A DNA stretch of 64,000 nucleotides from contig NC_087472.1 of assembly GCF_036321535.1 (NCBI RefSeq), positions 100,318,001 to 100,382,000 of the forward strand, read 5' to 3'. Below, in pieces: positions 48,411 to 61,751 of this stretch; position 1 is the stretch's first letter, and every line of letters begins with the position of its first letter. The DNA comes from Camelus dromedarius (Eukaryota). The position numbers were made by a program, and so were the translations under genes. Below the pieces are notes generated by a model. It was given only the letters and a program-made list of their open reading frames with translations, had not been told where the DNA came from and did no database searches.

Positions 48411-49467
48411 CAGAGAAAATCACAGAAAACCTGTGCACTTTATTACATGTAAAAATAAAGAGCATTCTCTACAAACAAAAAAATAAAGTCTGTTCCTTCA
48501 GCCTAGGTCCCAAAGTAAAGATGATGTGCAGCAGAACTAGTGAGAAATCAACCTTTCTTGATGTCAGCTGCTGAAATTTTGGAGTCAATTTTTGTTGCAA
48601 CATAACCTAGCCTACCCTGATAAATACAGGGCTTCGCTACCCCATTAGCACGTTGAAGGACATGAGAAGTCTTTTGGTAAAGACACTTGCTTGATGTTAT
48701 TTAATCCAGTATTCTCAAACTATTTTGACTATTGAATGTTCTTTTCACAGAGCACCTTAGTATTACGGAAGTAGTCCAACAAAACACAATTTTCTTCAAA
48801 GAGATTGGGGAGCACACCGAATTCTACAATAATTAAAATATTCCCATATCTTAGCAGTTTAGGGGTATGAATGATGTCACATTTACATTTATGCCCAAAT
48901 TAAGGACTCCTAGCCCATCACTACACCGCAAAATCCCTCTGACTTCACAGGGCAAGTGTCTTAAAGGTATTCAAGAAAATACTTGCCCACATTCTTCTGA
49001 GCTGCCCTTTTGTCAAGGACCCAGTTCCTGACAGTTGCCAGGTAGGCACCTATTTCTCTTCTATGAACTGCCATTCTCCATTAGTAGCCACTTTAAGGCC
49101 CCATGGTGCCAACGGTGTGTGGTGATCTCTGGCAGAGTAGGGCTCGGGGAGCATAACCTCTTCTTGGGCCCAACTTGTCAGAGAATCTCTTACGAACAGA
49201 GCCCCTTCAGCCATTAGGCCCTGATCCCTCACTTTCTGAGGACTCGGAACTCTCATCAGATCAGGCACAGGGCAGACACCAGGCCAAGAGTTTGTCTCCC
49301 CTCACACCTCTCTCTGGGAGTCTTTCCTCCTCTTTTGGCCCCCAAATAAAAAGCATCTCAAATTAACTCAGGTAAGACCAGGATGTCAGGTATCTGTAGC
49401 CTGGGGGTTCTGTTGACACTGACTCTTGGTTGGGGACCCACCTGGGACACCTTGCTTCATGATGACC

Positions 49468-49893
49468 TGCTAACAAATGCAAGCTCATACTGCTCACCAC
49501 ACAACAGGCCAATAAATCAAGAAATGAGTTGTTGGGACAAGGAATAGAGACTTTATTTGGAGAGCCAGCAGACCAAAAAGATGATGGACTAGATTCTCAA
49601 AGAACCATCTTCCCCAAGTTAGAATTCAGGCTTCTTTTATACTAAAAGGGGGTAAAGTCCTGGTTCCAGCCAGACTCCAGAGGGGTGTGTTAATTTCTGC
49701 CTTCCTGCAGCCATTCACAGGTGGGCCTGGTCAGGATGTTTCCTATGAGCTAAACAAAGATATTTCAACTTAATGCTCAATATCTGGGAGGCAGAGTTCC
49801 CAGAGGTGGGCCATTATGTATAATTTAAGCTGATAGATGACATCCCTTTAGTGATTAACTTGTAATAGAATACAAAGATTCTTCCCTCTTTCA
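49468..49893 (-). mobile_element. ERV1-type solo LTR, same family as 14488-15024
   Basis: TG...CA termini, near-TSD GACC/GATC; about 180 bp clearly aligns with the 14488 LTR. Confidence 0.85.
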
Positions 49894-51434
49894 GATCCTT
49901 CCTGCCCACACTGTATCTCCTTAGTAAATCAAGTCTGCAGCAATGACGGGAGTTAGAAGCCTCAGCTCTGTTGTCATAAGGGCATTGAAAAAGCTTTGAA
50001 ATTGGCAACTGTTCTCATCTCCAACCTGAGGGCACCAAACCACTGGACTGAGGTGGTGAGCAATGTCCCCAAGCGGTAGCTCAGAAGGGAGTGGAGGCCT
50101 TTTTACAATATTTGAATATCCAGACCCATCTACAGGGAAATCTTTGAAATTCTTCCTACCACAGAAGCCACGTTGGAATTCTCAGCTTCAGTCCCACTAA
50201 GCCCTTGTGGGAAAGAAAGACTTCAGGTGAGCAGTGGTGAGTCTAAATGGAGAGAGAGGGAGAGGAATGGGAGAGAGAGGAATAAATCTGATTCTGAAAA
50301 TAGCTTGCAATTTAAAATGCAACTGGAAATCAGACCTGGAAACAAATTCACTAAACGATTGATGAGTGAATTCAGTAATTAAATCAACCTGGTTCTTTTT
50401 AATATGATTTTTCCTCTCAGAATAATCAGCAGAACTCTTAAGTATTTGCCCAAGTTATCTCATATTTAATTGTCCCTCATTGTGTGCCATGCACAGAGGA
50501 AGGGAAAGAAAACAGAGGTTTTGACTTCATCGCTTCTATTTATCTGGTAAGGTGGCCAGGTTCATGAGCTAGGACAAGGAGGGAAACCGTTGTCTTGCCT
50601 GATAACAGAAGTGAATTTTGTGGCTGTTTTGATTATAATTTTTGATAGAGATTCAAAAGTTGTTCCCTGTGGAACTTACCAGAAAGAACTTGGCTGAGGG
50701 CATCTGTAGTGATGAAAGTTTTTTATAGGCATGCTTCTTAAACAAACAGAAGTTAGTGCTTTCCCTGGCAAGGCATTGCCTTGTGACAGTTAATGAAGTC
50801 TTTCTCTCTCAAAGGCAAAGTGGGATGAATGGGGCTTTGTGGATTGGGCTGTACCTCTCAAATATGTAGGGGGTGGCTGGTTAGTTGATTCCACAGGTGA
50901 GCAGGAGTGGTGAGAATTCTTGGGGTGAGTTGTTCCCACCCGCTTCCGTTGAATCCTTCCTTAAGAGAATTGCCCCTCAGCAGAATGTCACATGGAGTCG
51001 CTTCTTACCCTCAACATCAATTTCCTCATTCTTGACAATTTCTACAGAAGATACCTATCTCCACACCCTTTTAAGTGGGTGCTCCAGGAGACACAAAGGG
51101 AGTAAGCCAGGGACCCTTTGTTCTGATGCCTCCTACCAACCATACCTTCATACAACTCTCATTAGTCATCCTGCCTTTGAACTCCTGTCTGGAGGCGAGC
51201 ACACTGAACCCGTTCCATATACCTGACTGAGTTGATCATTTTCTCCTATTACTATTACCTCATCAGGTTGCCATCTGTGATATGTAGGAAAGCAGGGAAG
51301 AATTAGAGATATCAGAATCTTACTCTTTGATTTCCTGGAATGACTATTTTCCTGAAATATGCACTGTGTATTTGAAAATATTTAACAAAATCTTCTAACT
51401 CTAGGTAATATTTGATCACAGATAGTACCCTTTC

Positions 51435-52060
51435 AAACTTTTTATTGATATATAGTATATATAAACACAAGTGCATATAACCTAAGTGTACAGCTCACTG
51501 AACTTTCAAAACTTACACACGTGCTATGGCCAGTACCTGGATTAATAGAGAGGACTTTACCCACACCCCAGAAACCCCATCCCCCAAATACTCATTCAAG
51601 ATACAACTTTTCCCCCTAAGGGTAACCAGTAGCCTGACCCCTAATAGCAGAGATTCTTTTGGCCTGCTTTTGAACTTTATATAAAGAGAATCATACAGCA
51701 TGTGCTCTTTTTTCCTGACTTCTTTCAGTCAACATTATGTTTGTGAGATCCATCCTTACTACTCTGTGTAGTTAGAGGTTGTTTATTCTCATTGCTGCAT
51801 AGTGGCATAAACACAGCAGAATTTATTTATCCACTTTCCTTTTGATGGACATTTGAGTAGTTTCCAGTTCAGTGTTGTTACGGGTAGTGCTGTTATAAAC
51901 ATTTAAATTCATGTCTTTTCATCAACTTAAGTATGCACTGTTGTTGGGTATACACTCAGGAATTACTAGCTCATAGGGTAAGCATATGTTCAACTGTAGT
52001 AGATACTGCTAATTTGTTTGTAGTTGTATCAATTTGCACTTCCGCTAGCAGTGACAGGAC
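51435..52060 (-). mobile_element. Old L1 (L1MC/ME) 3' region
   Basis: CTAAGTGTACAGCTCACTGAACTTTC...GCCTGCTTTTGAACTTTATATAAA...GATGGACATTTGAGTAGTTTCCAGTT. Confidence 0.88.
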
Positions 52061-52124
52061 TGTCATTTGTTCTACATCTGCTCCTAAAATGTCCTTACAC
52101 CAGTCCCCTACCTACTGGGTGATG

Positions 52125-52378
52125 CGGTATATTCTAGTGGCTAGGAATCCAGATCCTGGAACTAGACTTTCTAGGTTTAACTTTCAGCTTTATCATTTAA
52201 TGAGTGTGTGAACTTGGGCACCTTACTTAACTTTTTCTGTGCCTCAGTTTTTTCATCTGTAAAATGGGGATAATAAATCATCTACTTCATAGAGTTAAGG
52301 ATTGAATGAGTTAATGCACGTAGAACACTAATAGTGCCTGGCACATAGAAAATACTCCATAAATCTTAGGTACTATTT
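52125..52378 (+). mobile_element. MIR SINE, near full length
   Basis: CTGTGCCTCAGTTTTTTCATCTGTAAAATGGGGATAATAA...AGTGCCTGGCACATAG. Confidence 0.9.
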
Positions 52379-53004
52379 TCATTCAAATGCATTGAAATTC
52401 ATTGCCACCAGTGCAGTAAGGGAGTTTTGTGTCTAACTGTAAAAGAAATAGAAAGTTTCCCACATAACCTGGGGAGGCAATCAGATAAGTGCCACGATAG
52501 GTCTCTGTATGCAGGAGCAAGTTAGCATACAACTATGCAGATCAAAGCTAAGCCTTGGAAATTTACGAATGCAAATTAAACCAGAATGTTAGTGCTCCGA
52601 AATAATCATAGGAGAGTATGAACCATGTATAGAAACAATACAAATGACAGTCTTTGCTTTTATTTATTTATTTGCCTAGTGAAGCCACTGACAGTGCTCC
52701 TGTTAAGTGAGCAAGTAACAGTTTTAGTGAATTCCTTACAAACTCTGTAGACTTTTACAGTTTAGCCCTTGGCAAACACTCCTTTGGGAATTGACATAGA
52801 TGTGGATTTCAGTAAATAAATATTCAGTAAACATTCAATGGAGGAAAGAAAAATGATAAAGAATGATGATACGGGAGTGACTGGGTAGGAAGTTCAAAGA
52901 TATGCAAAACTGATGCTCACTCCAATCTCCTGGGAGCTTTTGATAGGACTGGTTTTTAATGTTAAATGTCAGCAAATACATTTTCTGTGTCCCATCTTTT
53001 AGTT

Positions 53005-53170
53005 TAGTGGATGCAACTCTGGCTAACTACTAGAATCACCTGGGAAACTTTAAAAAACACAGATGTGCAGCCTCCCACCCAGAAACACTAATAGTTTGTC
53101 ACCAGGAGCCAGGTATTTCTTTTTCTTAAGCTCTCCAAGTGATTCAAATGTACATCCAGAGTTGGAAAAT
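53005..53170. mobile_element. MER5-family MITE
   Basis: TAGAATCACCTGGGAAACTTTAAAAA...AAGCTCTCCAAGTGATTCAAATGTACATCCAGAGTTG. Confidence 0.8.
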
Positions 53171-53634
53171 ATCATTCCTTCTGAGTGTTGATAGTTACAA
53201 TACTGGTGGTGCCTTCTGAATGGTTGTCCCCTGCAGTGGGGTCACAGGGAGGATCCCGAGTAGTTTCTATGGAGTCTGTCTGCTTTGGTCAAGAAAAGTT
53301 CCAAACACTGGCTCAACTGGTTTTTATCTGGTACATTTTCTCTCATACCTATAACCTCAGAATATTCCAGTCTATTTTAAGCCTTCCTGTGGTTTCTAAG
53401 GCACAATACTTTCCAAACTGAAGACTTACCATTTCAAATCTCATGGGTTATGATTCAATCTAGAGCAGAATTAAACAGAACCACCTCAATTAGTAGTTGG
53501 ACGTTTTCTTATGGATGAAAAAAGACACATGAAAGTGCACTGAACTATAAAGTACTTCATAAAAGAGTGAGATTGTTTTTTATGTTGTTGTTGCTATCAC
53601 TTGTGGTGTAAACTGCATGAAGGTAGGAAAAAGC

Positions 53635-53845
53635 CATGGAATAATCACTGTTTGGACATGAGCACATATGAATTTGAATTTCTGGCTCAACCACCTGTTA
53701 GCTGTGGGTTCTTGCCTTCTCTGGGCAGATGTTTCATGACAGATGGAAGCATTAGTAGACCTCAGAAGGAAATTTTGTAGAATAAATGAGCTAATATAAA
53801 TGGTGCTTGGCAAGGAGTGAGTCCTGAGTAAATGGCAGTTACTTT
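53635..53845 (+). mobile_element. MIR SINE (diverged)
   Basis: TTTGAATTTCTGGCTCAACCACCTGTTAGCTGTG...ATAAATGAGCTAATATAAA. Confidence 0.65.
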
Positions 53846-53848
53846 TTT

Positions 53849-54478
53849 TGTACTAGTCAGCTAATGCTTTGCTGCTGCTGCATAACAATAGCCACTCCCT
53901 CTCTCTAATATTAGTGACTTACTAAAACATTATTTATTGTTCTCACTCATGTGTCCATGGGTCACTTATGGCAGCTCTGCTTAAGGCTGTGAATCAGATT
54001 GAGGCCTATTCCGTATGGGTCTCATTCTGGAATCAGCAGCTTCTTGCAGCATGTTCCTTTCTTGATAGATGACAGAAATACAAGAAGAGCCTGGCAGAAA
54101 TTTGCAATGCCTTTTTTTTTTTTTATTATTGTAGTATAGTCAGTTTACAATGTTGTGTCAATTTCTGGTGTACAATATAATGTTTCAGTCATACATATAT
54201 ATACATATATTCATTTTCATTATAGGTTACTACAAGATATTGAATATCATTCCCTATGCTATACAAAAGAAACTTATTGTTTATCTATGCAATGTCTTTT
54301 AATATCTCAGCTCAGAACTCATTCATGATCACTTCTGCCCATTTTCCCTTGGCCAGAGCAAGTCATATGGCCAAGATCAAGGTCAATGGGACAAAGAAGC
54401 ATAATCTACCTACTGAAGCTATGGCACAATAAAGGGGATAGAAGGAAGAATTGTGAACAAATAATACATTCTACCACA
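53849..54478 (-). mobile_element. MaLR LTR (MLT1H/I-like) split by young L1
   Basis: AATGCTTTGCTGCTGCTGCATAACAA...ATTTATTGTTCTCACTCATG...TTGGCCAGAGCAAGTCATATGGCCAAG. Confidence 0.8.
54116..54287 (-). mobile_element. Young L1 3' end
   Basis: T-run, then GTAGTATAGTCAGTTTACAATGTTGTGTCAATTTCTGGTGTAC. TSD TGCAATGCCTTTT / TGCAATGTCTTTT. Confidence 0.9.
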
Positions 54479-56384
54479 CTTCTCTTCCCTCCTGCAGGAA
54501 GATTCTGAAACCTTTTCTTCCCGTAATCGCTGAACATAAAGATGCAAAAACGTGTGGAAACATCTGTTTCCCAGATTAAGAATGTCACCAGGATATTGAA
54601 AAAAAATCTCTCTCATTATCTCGCCTTTAATCCAATTAGCAAATACATGTCATTCTAAAAGATTCTGGTAACCATTGCTCAGAGAGGGAACGATCCAGAA
54701 GACAAATGCAAAAAAGGACATTTTCAGCACCATGAAATTTAAGGACTAACAGAACTACAGTAGGAAAGATAATGATAAAGTTCATGCATTTAAGGCTTTT
54801 ATGTGCTTGGGCTTGGAGGTTTTTTCACTTTATTTTATGACAAGTAAAGAAATGTTTGAGTAACAAGGAAAAAATTATGTTACCTCCAAAGTGATTTCAA
54901 GGGGAAAAAGATGCCCCTGCGAAAATAGCAAGATCTTCCCTGACCAACAGGGCTGAAATGTCGAGGGTTCAAATAGGTTCATCAAGCATTTGTTTCTGTT
55001 TTGAACTTTCTTAAACTATTTGCCTCAATATATCCTCCAGCATTTTTCAGGGAGGTCAAGGGTTTAAGAGGCCCTGGGGTTTAAGCTAACATTTCTTGGT
55101 TCACAAACAGATCTCATGTCAAAGGTTGAATGTGCTATAGCTGAACATAAAATGGTCCTATCTGTTCAGCTGCCTGGTGATTTTACCCACAGTATCCAGC
55201 AACTTGTGTTATTATTATAGTGCTCCTGCAGTAAGGGTCTCATTGTAACCTGATTCTATTTTCCTTTAGTGGCTATTAATGCTCTAAAAATAAAATAGAT
55301 ATCAATGGAACAACATTGGAACATTCAGACAGGCAACAAACTGCTTTTACTGTAAAAGATAGAATCATTTCTGTTTTTGGTTCACATCTATCTGTTCATA
55401 ACTAAACTTTGGATTTTTCCACCAGAGTCTTGATGCCTGTTTCTAAAACTAATTATCTACCTTAAAATTGGGTTACATGAATATTTTGCATAATTGAAGA
55501 GTGAAAGATTTTTACCCCAACTTATTCAATTTGTAAAGGTTACTGCCTGAAGGACTCTGGGCTTGTGTGTGTAATTGTGACTACAATAAATAGGGCACAA
55601 TTCCTAGTGCACATAATATGCTCTCAATCAATATTTGTTGAATGAATAAAAAAAAAAAGAAAAAATAGTGGCTTTAACCTGGACTAGAGCAGCAAATTTG
55701 CATGCACGCACACACACACACACATACTTTTTTGGCCATTGTGGGAATGAACCAGAATACTTTAAGAAGTAAAGCTGAGTTCTAAATACGGATGCCTCAG
55801 TCAATATTTGATTGTTATGATAGCATTTTGGAACCCTCCCTGACTCTCTGAATCGTATTGGAGCACCTCTCTCTGTCCTTGCAGTGAATTGCAGACACTT
55901 GATCTGTCCAGTGTAGACTGCCAAATCTTTGAGGGCAGAAACCTTGCCTTACATCATGTTTGAAGTTCTTACAACACCTAATTCAGGGCAGTGGACCTGA
56001 TACACACTTGCATATTAGAAAACCAGAAACCAAAAATAAAATCCAGGGTTGTAGTATACTAGCGTAGTTTATAGCAGTTATTACTGCATCTGTGTTTTTT
56101 CAGTGTGGGGAATTAAACTTTTCAAAGCACTTTCATCACCATATGTTCTCAGAGCTCAAGCCCTCATCGAGGGGTGGTGGGGGTAGAGATCACTCCATCT
56201 GCTATCACCTGATGTTATGGGCACACGTGACTGCCCTGTCATACCACCAAAGCACTGGATTGACTTAATGCAGATGACTGACCAGTTGTTTTTAGAATTA
56301 CCTGGACAGAACCTGGTAGTAAGTTATGTTTCAATGATCCATGTTGGACATTTTGCAGTTAATTGTGTTGAATGGGATTAAAAT

Positions 56385-56590
56385 AATAGGTAACTTTTAT
56401 TGAGCATTTTTATCGCACCAGGTAGTATTCCTTCGAACCCCCTATAGAGAAGGTACTTTCATTATCCACATTTTTCAGAAGAGGAAACTGAGGTTAAGCG
56501 ACTTCAACATCTAAAGTTACAGTCAGATAGTTAGTGATGAAGCAGTGCTGGGGTTTAATCCCTGGCAGTGTGGTTCCTGAGGCTCCTCTA
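56385..56590 (-). mobile_element. MIR SINE
   Basis: TTTATTGAGCAT...ATTATCCACATTTTTCAGAAGAGGAAACTGAGGTTAAG. Confidence 0.8.
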
Positions 56591-57734
56591 TCTAGGGTAC
56601 AGTAGCAGAAAGGTAGCTACTACCTTTTTTTTCCTCCAAAAAAGTAAGGGAAATGGTCAACCATGAAATTACAACTCATGAAAAATAGAGTAATAAAAAA
56701 AAAAAAACCTAAATGTTTTAGACCTGCCGAGTCATTGGAGTAACTTAGATAGAAATTATGAAATTGCATTATTTCTGTCTTGGGTATTTGCTCAACAAGA
56801 TCCTGGCAAATAAATCCAATTCAAGAGACAGATTCAGGGGGAATCATTTGCTTTTCCCTCTCTGCTGACACTACATTCTTCAAATGACAAAGAAGAGCTA
56901 AAAGGGAACATATTCTGTGAAATTAAATAATATATATCAAACAGAGTGTGGCCAGTCCTCTGAAACTGCCTGAAACTCTCCAGTGAGAAGCAAAGGGAAT
57001 TTTTGCTAACCTGCTGGTCCTCTGACAGCTGATGCCCCCTCCCCCGTCTCTCTTACTCTCTTAGCTGCTTTGCTTCTTGAAACTAGATGGGGCATCCTTA
57101 AAGAAACAGGGGTCCTCTGTCTCTCTATTTTAAATTATTAGTAGTTTGGGAAGCTTTCTGGAGTCTGTAGGACATGGGCCAATTATGGGCAAGAGACACA
57201 GACAGATGGGGGTGGAGGATGGGGTGCGGGGGGAGAGAGGGAGAGAGAGGTGAAATGACCTTGAAAGTCCTTGAAAATATACTGGCTTTAGAAAGGCTTT
57301 TAAAAGCCAATCACTAACTCAATATGATTAATTACCTTAAAGTAGCTTGTAGAGTGTTTCCTGAGCAGAATTGGAGGTCACTTCAAACAAGTAAATAAAC
57401 CACAGCTAATGTGCTTACGTTTTAAAGAGAAAAGGCAATTGCTAAAAATGTCCATCCAGTTTCCATTACTTACTACAATGTTTATCGATCTAAAGTGGCT
57501 CAAACAGTATTTTCTTTGTTCAAACCTATTTAGCTGGAGGGAAATTCAACAGTTCGCCTTGCGACAGAGGTGGGGGGGGATTCTTCAGGTGAGAAGCTGT
57601 TGTTTCTCAATCCTACGGCAGCTCACCTAAGAGGAATAACTGGGTTTCTATTAAAACAAAGCAATTTTTACCTCAAATCACTATTGGTTTAGCTCTTGGC
57701 CCTTGAGACTGAAAATAGGTCTGGAATTAGCAAT

Positions 57735-57865
57735 ATCAGCATAATATGAACAAACATCAGAAATGTAGACTCTCCGGCCCCACCCCAGTCCTAACTGAAT
57801 CAGAATCTGCTTTTTAACAAGATGTTTTGTGATTCATATACACCTTAATGTTTGAGAAGTACTAG
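57735..57865. mobile_element. MER5A-like MITE
   Basis: AGAAATGTAGACTCTCCGGCCCCACCCCAG...TGAATCAGAATCTGCTTTTTAACAAGAT...GTTTGAGAAGTACT. Confidence 0.8.
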
Positions 57866-58881
57866 TCTAGCCCAACAGGAATTGTTATTTAAACATTTGA
57901 TAGAAAAGAGAGCTGGTTAAGAAAAGGAAAAAATGCTACCTGATAAAAGCACCTTTCTCCAAAGATATATTGGTTTTGATAAACTTGCTCCTATCCACCA
58001 ATCTAGCCTTGAAGTAAAAACTTAATAGGCCCTATGGCCACATGGCCCAACATATAAGTACAAAAGCCGAATCTAAATTTGTTAAGTGATATCCAAAATG
58101 CTAACTAGGGGCAGACTTCAAAGGATAAATCTTAATCTAATTATTACACAGAAGTGCTTTAAAAGCACTTTTTGTGGCTAAGGTTACCAGCCGCACAGAA
58201 CTGGCCAATGTGGTACAAAACTCTAAGGACTAAGATGCATTTGGTCTTAGAGGTATAGAGTTTAGGGAAACTCGGCTAGAGCAAACACTGAGTTTCTGCT
58301 GGCTTAGACGAAGATACCATCTCGGGAGACTGATGTGAAACATCTGGGCCAGGTCTGGCAGCCACCACGCAAAACTGTTTTCAGGGAAAGTCTGTGTGAA
58401 AACGTTCACACCCACAGCGTAATCAGGAAAATTTCTTTTCAGTCGTCTTTGTTGTTTGATACCAAGCAGACCAATTTCATTTCCCTATTGGGATAGTTTT
58501 ATTCAAATGATCTGTAAGGGAAAAATTGTTTTTTCCACTTTGCCATGTTTATTCCCCATGAACATTTAACTGCTTGTTCTGAAGCTTTATCTGGAAGTGG
58601 CACAAAGAACCTCTTCCCACAGAATGAAGTTGTACAGGGACTGTCCGAGGCAGCAGAAATAGTGGGCTACAAATAGACAAGAGACCATATCTCTAACCCA
58701 TCAAGTGGCCATAGACGCTCGCCGGCTAGAAAATATTCAAAGGAGACCACGTTTGCCTCTGTCTAACTCAGCCAAAATCTCTGTTCAGCAAACTCACTAA
58801 CAAACAAAAAGCATTTAGCTTTTCTTACTTTAATTTTTTTCATGAGAAAGTGTGTGTGTTTTTAGAACCAAGAAAAAAATT

Positions 58882-59025
58882 GGGGGTGGGTGGGGCATAG
58901 TTCAGTGGTAGAGCCCATGCTTAGCAGGAACAAGATCCTGGGTTCAATCCCCAGTACTTCCGTTAAAAAAGAGAGAGAGACAGAGACAGAGAGAACCCAG
59001 TAAAATAAAACTGAATACCTTAAAA
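58882..59025 (+). mobile_element. Camelid tRNA-Ala-derived SINE with (GA)n tail
   Basis: GGGGCATAGTTCAGTGGTAGAGCCCATGCTTAGCAGGAACAAGATCCTGGGTTCAATCCCCAGTACTTCC. Confidence 0.9.
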
Positions 59026-59127
59026 AAAATTTTTTTTTTCCTTCCCTGAAGCAAATCCATGTTTTGTTCTTTGGCAAACACTGATTGCTTTCACTCAAAA
59101 ATTCCTGATCATAGTGATACTTTGCTT

Positions 59128-59154
59128 GTGCTTGCTTCGGCAGCAAATATACTA
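59128..59154 (+). pseudogene. U6 snRNA 5' fragment retrocopy (tailless)
   Basis: GTGCTTGCTTCGGCAGCAAATATACTA matches U6 nt 1-27 (GTGCTCGCTTCGGCAGCACATATACTA) with 2 mismatches. Flanked by a 17-bp TSD. Confidence 0.88.
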
Positions 59155-59602
59155 TAGTGATCCTTGGCTTGTTTTTACAGGTCATCTTAGAACAAGGGTT
59201 TAAATAAAATGGACTATTGAGTCAATAGTTCTTTTTTCTGCTCAAACTGGTATCTAGTTTTGCTGAGTTGGTGAAGATAGTCTTGAAAAATACAAGCCTA
59301 ACTTTCATCCCAGTCAAGGAACAATCTTGTGCTTCAAAGACACAAACAAAAAAACTGCCTCAAAGCAATTCATCTGAACCTACCTGGAATCTTTGCAGTG
59401 CAAAGGTAGTTGTTATCACTGTCCATTTACCTGCTGCAGTGCCCTTTGCATTTGAAGAGCAGAGAGGCGATAGTGTTACCATGTTTGCAAAACTATGAGA
59501 GAAGGGTTGATAAATAATTTATAACCACTTTCACAGCAAAGAGCACATTTGTCTAAGCATTTGGAGGCTGCTATTTGCACAGCCAGTTAACAATTCACAA
59601 GG

Positions 59603-60107
59603 TGTGGTGGGTAGCCTCCAGGATGGTACCCAGTGGTCCCTTGATGTTGTGTGATCCTTTTCCCTGGAGTGGTGGCTGGACTTAGTAGTGACTTGCTTCT
59701 AATGAATAGAATAAGGAACAAGCGATGGTGACTTGAGACTTGGTCATAAGAGGCAGTGTGGCCTTTCTCTCCCTCTTACATCATCATCATCATCTGCTCT
59801 AGGGCAGGCCCACTGCCGTGTGTGAGCAGCCCTATGAAGAGGCCAACATGACAAGGAACCAAAGCCTCTGGCCAACAAACTCGTGAGTGTTCTTGGAAGG
59901 GGATCCTCTCACCTCATCAAGTTTTAAATGGCTGTAGTCCTGGCTGACACCTTGATTGCAACCTTGGGAGAGACCTTGAGCCAGAACCACTCAGCCAATC
60001 TGTGTCCTGATTCTTCACTCACAGAAACTGTGAAATAAGAAATGTTCATTGTCTAAGATGCTAACGTTTGGGGTAATTCGCAACACAGCAATGGCTAACT
60101 AAAACGC
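59603..60107 (+). mobile_element. MaLR solo LTR (MLT1E/F-like)
   Basis: TGTGGTGGGTAGCCTCCAGGATGG...TGGCTGACACCTTGATTGCAACC...CACAGAAACTGTGAAATAAG...GCAATGGCTAACTAA. Confidence 0.85.
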
Positions 60108-60465
60108 AGCAGTATTAAGCTTCTAGATTTATCCCCTCATTTATTCAGCAGGTATTTATTGAGAAATTACCGCATGCCAGGCACTGCCTAAAAAGAGGTT
60201 AATCATCTACCGGACAAAAGAAACATATATGAAGGCACCCCTGATTTCTAGGCACTATGTACATAGCATACAGAGGATTTTACCCTCAGAAATTTGTATT
60301 TGTGGTAGTTGTCTTTGGAAATACAATCTACCACCTAGAGTTACTACTATTTGCTATTTATACAGTAATGGCTCAATAAATATTTATAGATTGAATACTT
60401 CTCTATGAATTATGCCTACCTGTGTACTTTGAAAATGGAGATGACACTACAAAACTCTGTCCCTT

Positions 60466-60657
60466 CTATGGACTGAATGTTTGTGTCCCCTCAAAATTTG
60501 TATATTGAAACCTAACTCCCAAGGTGATGGTATTAGGAGGTGGAGCCTTTGGGAGGTGATTAGGTCATGAGGCTGGAAACCTCATAAATTGGATTAGTGC
60601 CCTCATAAGAGAGATCCCAGAGAGCTTCCTCACTTCTTCTGCCATGTGGGGACAGCT
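60466..60657 (+). mobile_element. MaLR LTR 5' half (MLT1A-like)
   Basis: CTATGGACTGAATGTTTGTGTCCCCTCAAAATT...GGGAGGTGATTAGGTCATGAGG. Confidence 0.85.
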
Positions 60658-61374
60658 GGGCCAGTCTTTCTAGCCTGCCATGTATATATCCAACACCAGT
60701 CACTTCACCAATGAAAAATTATTTCTAACATATTTATTAACAAATCCTCTGAGTATAGATTTAGATAATGACATTTGTCATGCTTAAACCTCTCTGGAAT
60801 GTGGATTCCTCATTAGGTGCTTCAAATGCTAACTAACCACCTTTAAGGATTAGATTAAAGTTCATTTACACACACTTGCACATTTACATCACACTGTTTA
60901 TACCATACAGACAATATGTGGGCACACATGGTCTAATCTCATCTTTCTGGGTACAAGCTGCCCCAGGGAGCCACCATTCTCTTCCAGTGCTTGAGAGGCA
61001 GCCTCGGTCCCTGCAGGGGGTAAGGTCTGCCCTGGTGTAGGGAGGATGGGTTGGTGGGGGTCAATCTCATGCTGAGGTTCAGCCTTGGGAAGCTCACTTG
61101 GTGCCAGGTACAAGCTACACTCCAATATCAGCTGTATCAGGGATAAAGTTAATATTTTGGTATCTACCTGACAATTTCTTTGTCTTATTTTATAAAATCT
61201 GTCTAAATTTTATAAGATTTATATCTTAAGTATTTCAGAGCTCAGCAAGGAGAGAGTTACCTATTGTGCCCTTTCAAACACCCCCAACTCCAAACTGGCA
61301 TGCTCCTGGCCTCTCTGAGAAGCCTTCCAAGAACACTCTTGCTAGACCTCTGAACTCTTCCCTGTTGAGCTTAC

Positions 61375-61482
61375 GCTTACACTTGAAAGCAGGCCCTGAC
61401 TCCACGTCTCTGTATCCCCAGCATCTAACACACAACCTGGTACATGGTAGGTGCTCAGTGGATGTTTGTTTGATGAATGAGT
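61375..61482 (+). mobile_element. L2 3' tip
   Basis: CTGTATCCCCAGCATCTAACACACAACCTGGTACATGGTAGGTGCTCAG...TGATGAATGA. Confidence 0.75.
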
Positions 61483-61702
61483 CATTGTTAGCAGGACATG
61501 CTCTTTGAGGGGCTCTTTAGGAGTGTTGGTCAATGGCTGTGACCTCATTAACAACCTGCTTGAAATAACTGAGATAACCAACCTCAGATGACTCAGGCAA
61601 ACACAAAGAATTTCCTAGAAACAACGTCTCTTACAACTTGAAGCTTTATTAATTTAACATATGTTGCTGTATTTGTCTTTTCCATTATTCATTGAAGGTA
61701 GC

Positions 61703-61705
<3 letters not shown>

Positions 61706-61751
<46 letters not shown>

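Noticed and set aside
14488..49893. Two related LTRs as ends of one provirus
   Set aside because: 35 kb apart, different TSDs and U3 regions, and no gag/pol/env between them.
58147..58176. Inverted repeat AAGTGCTTT-A-AAAGCACTT containing a miR-302/17-like seed
   Set aside because: 1-nt loop and short stem, incompatible with a pre-miRNA hairpin.
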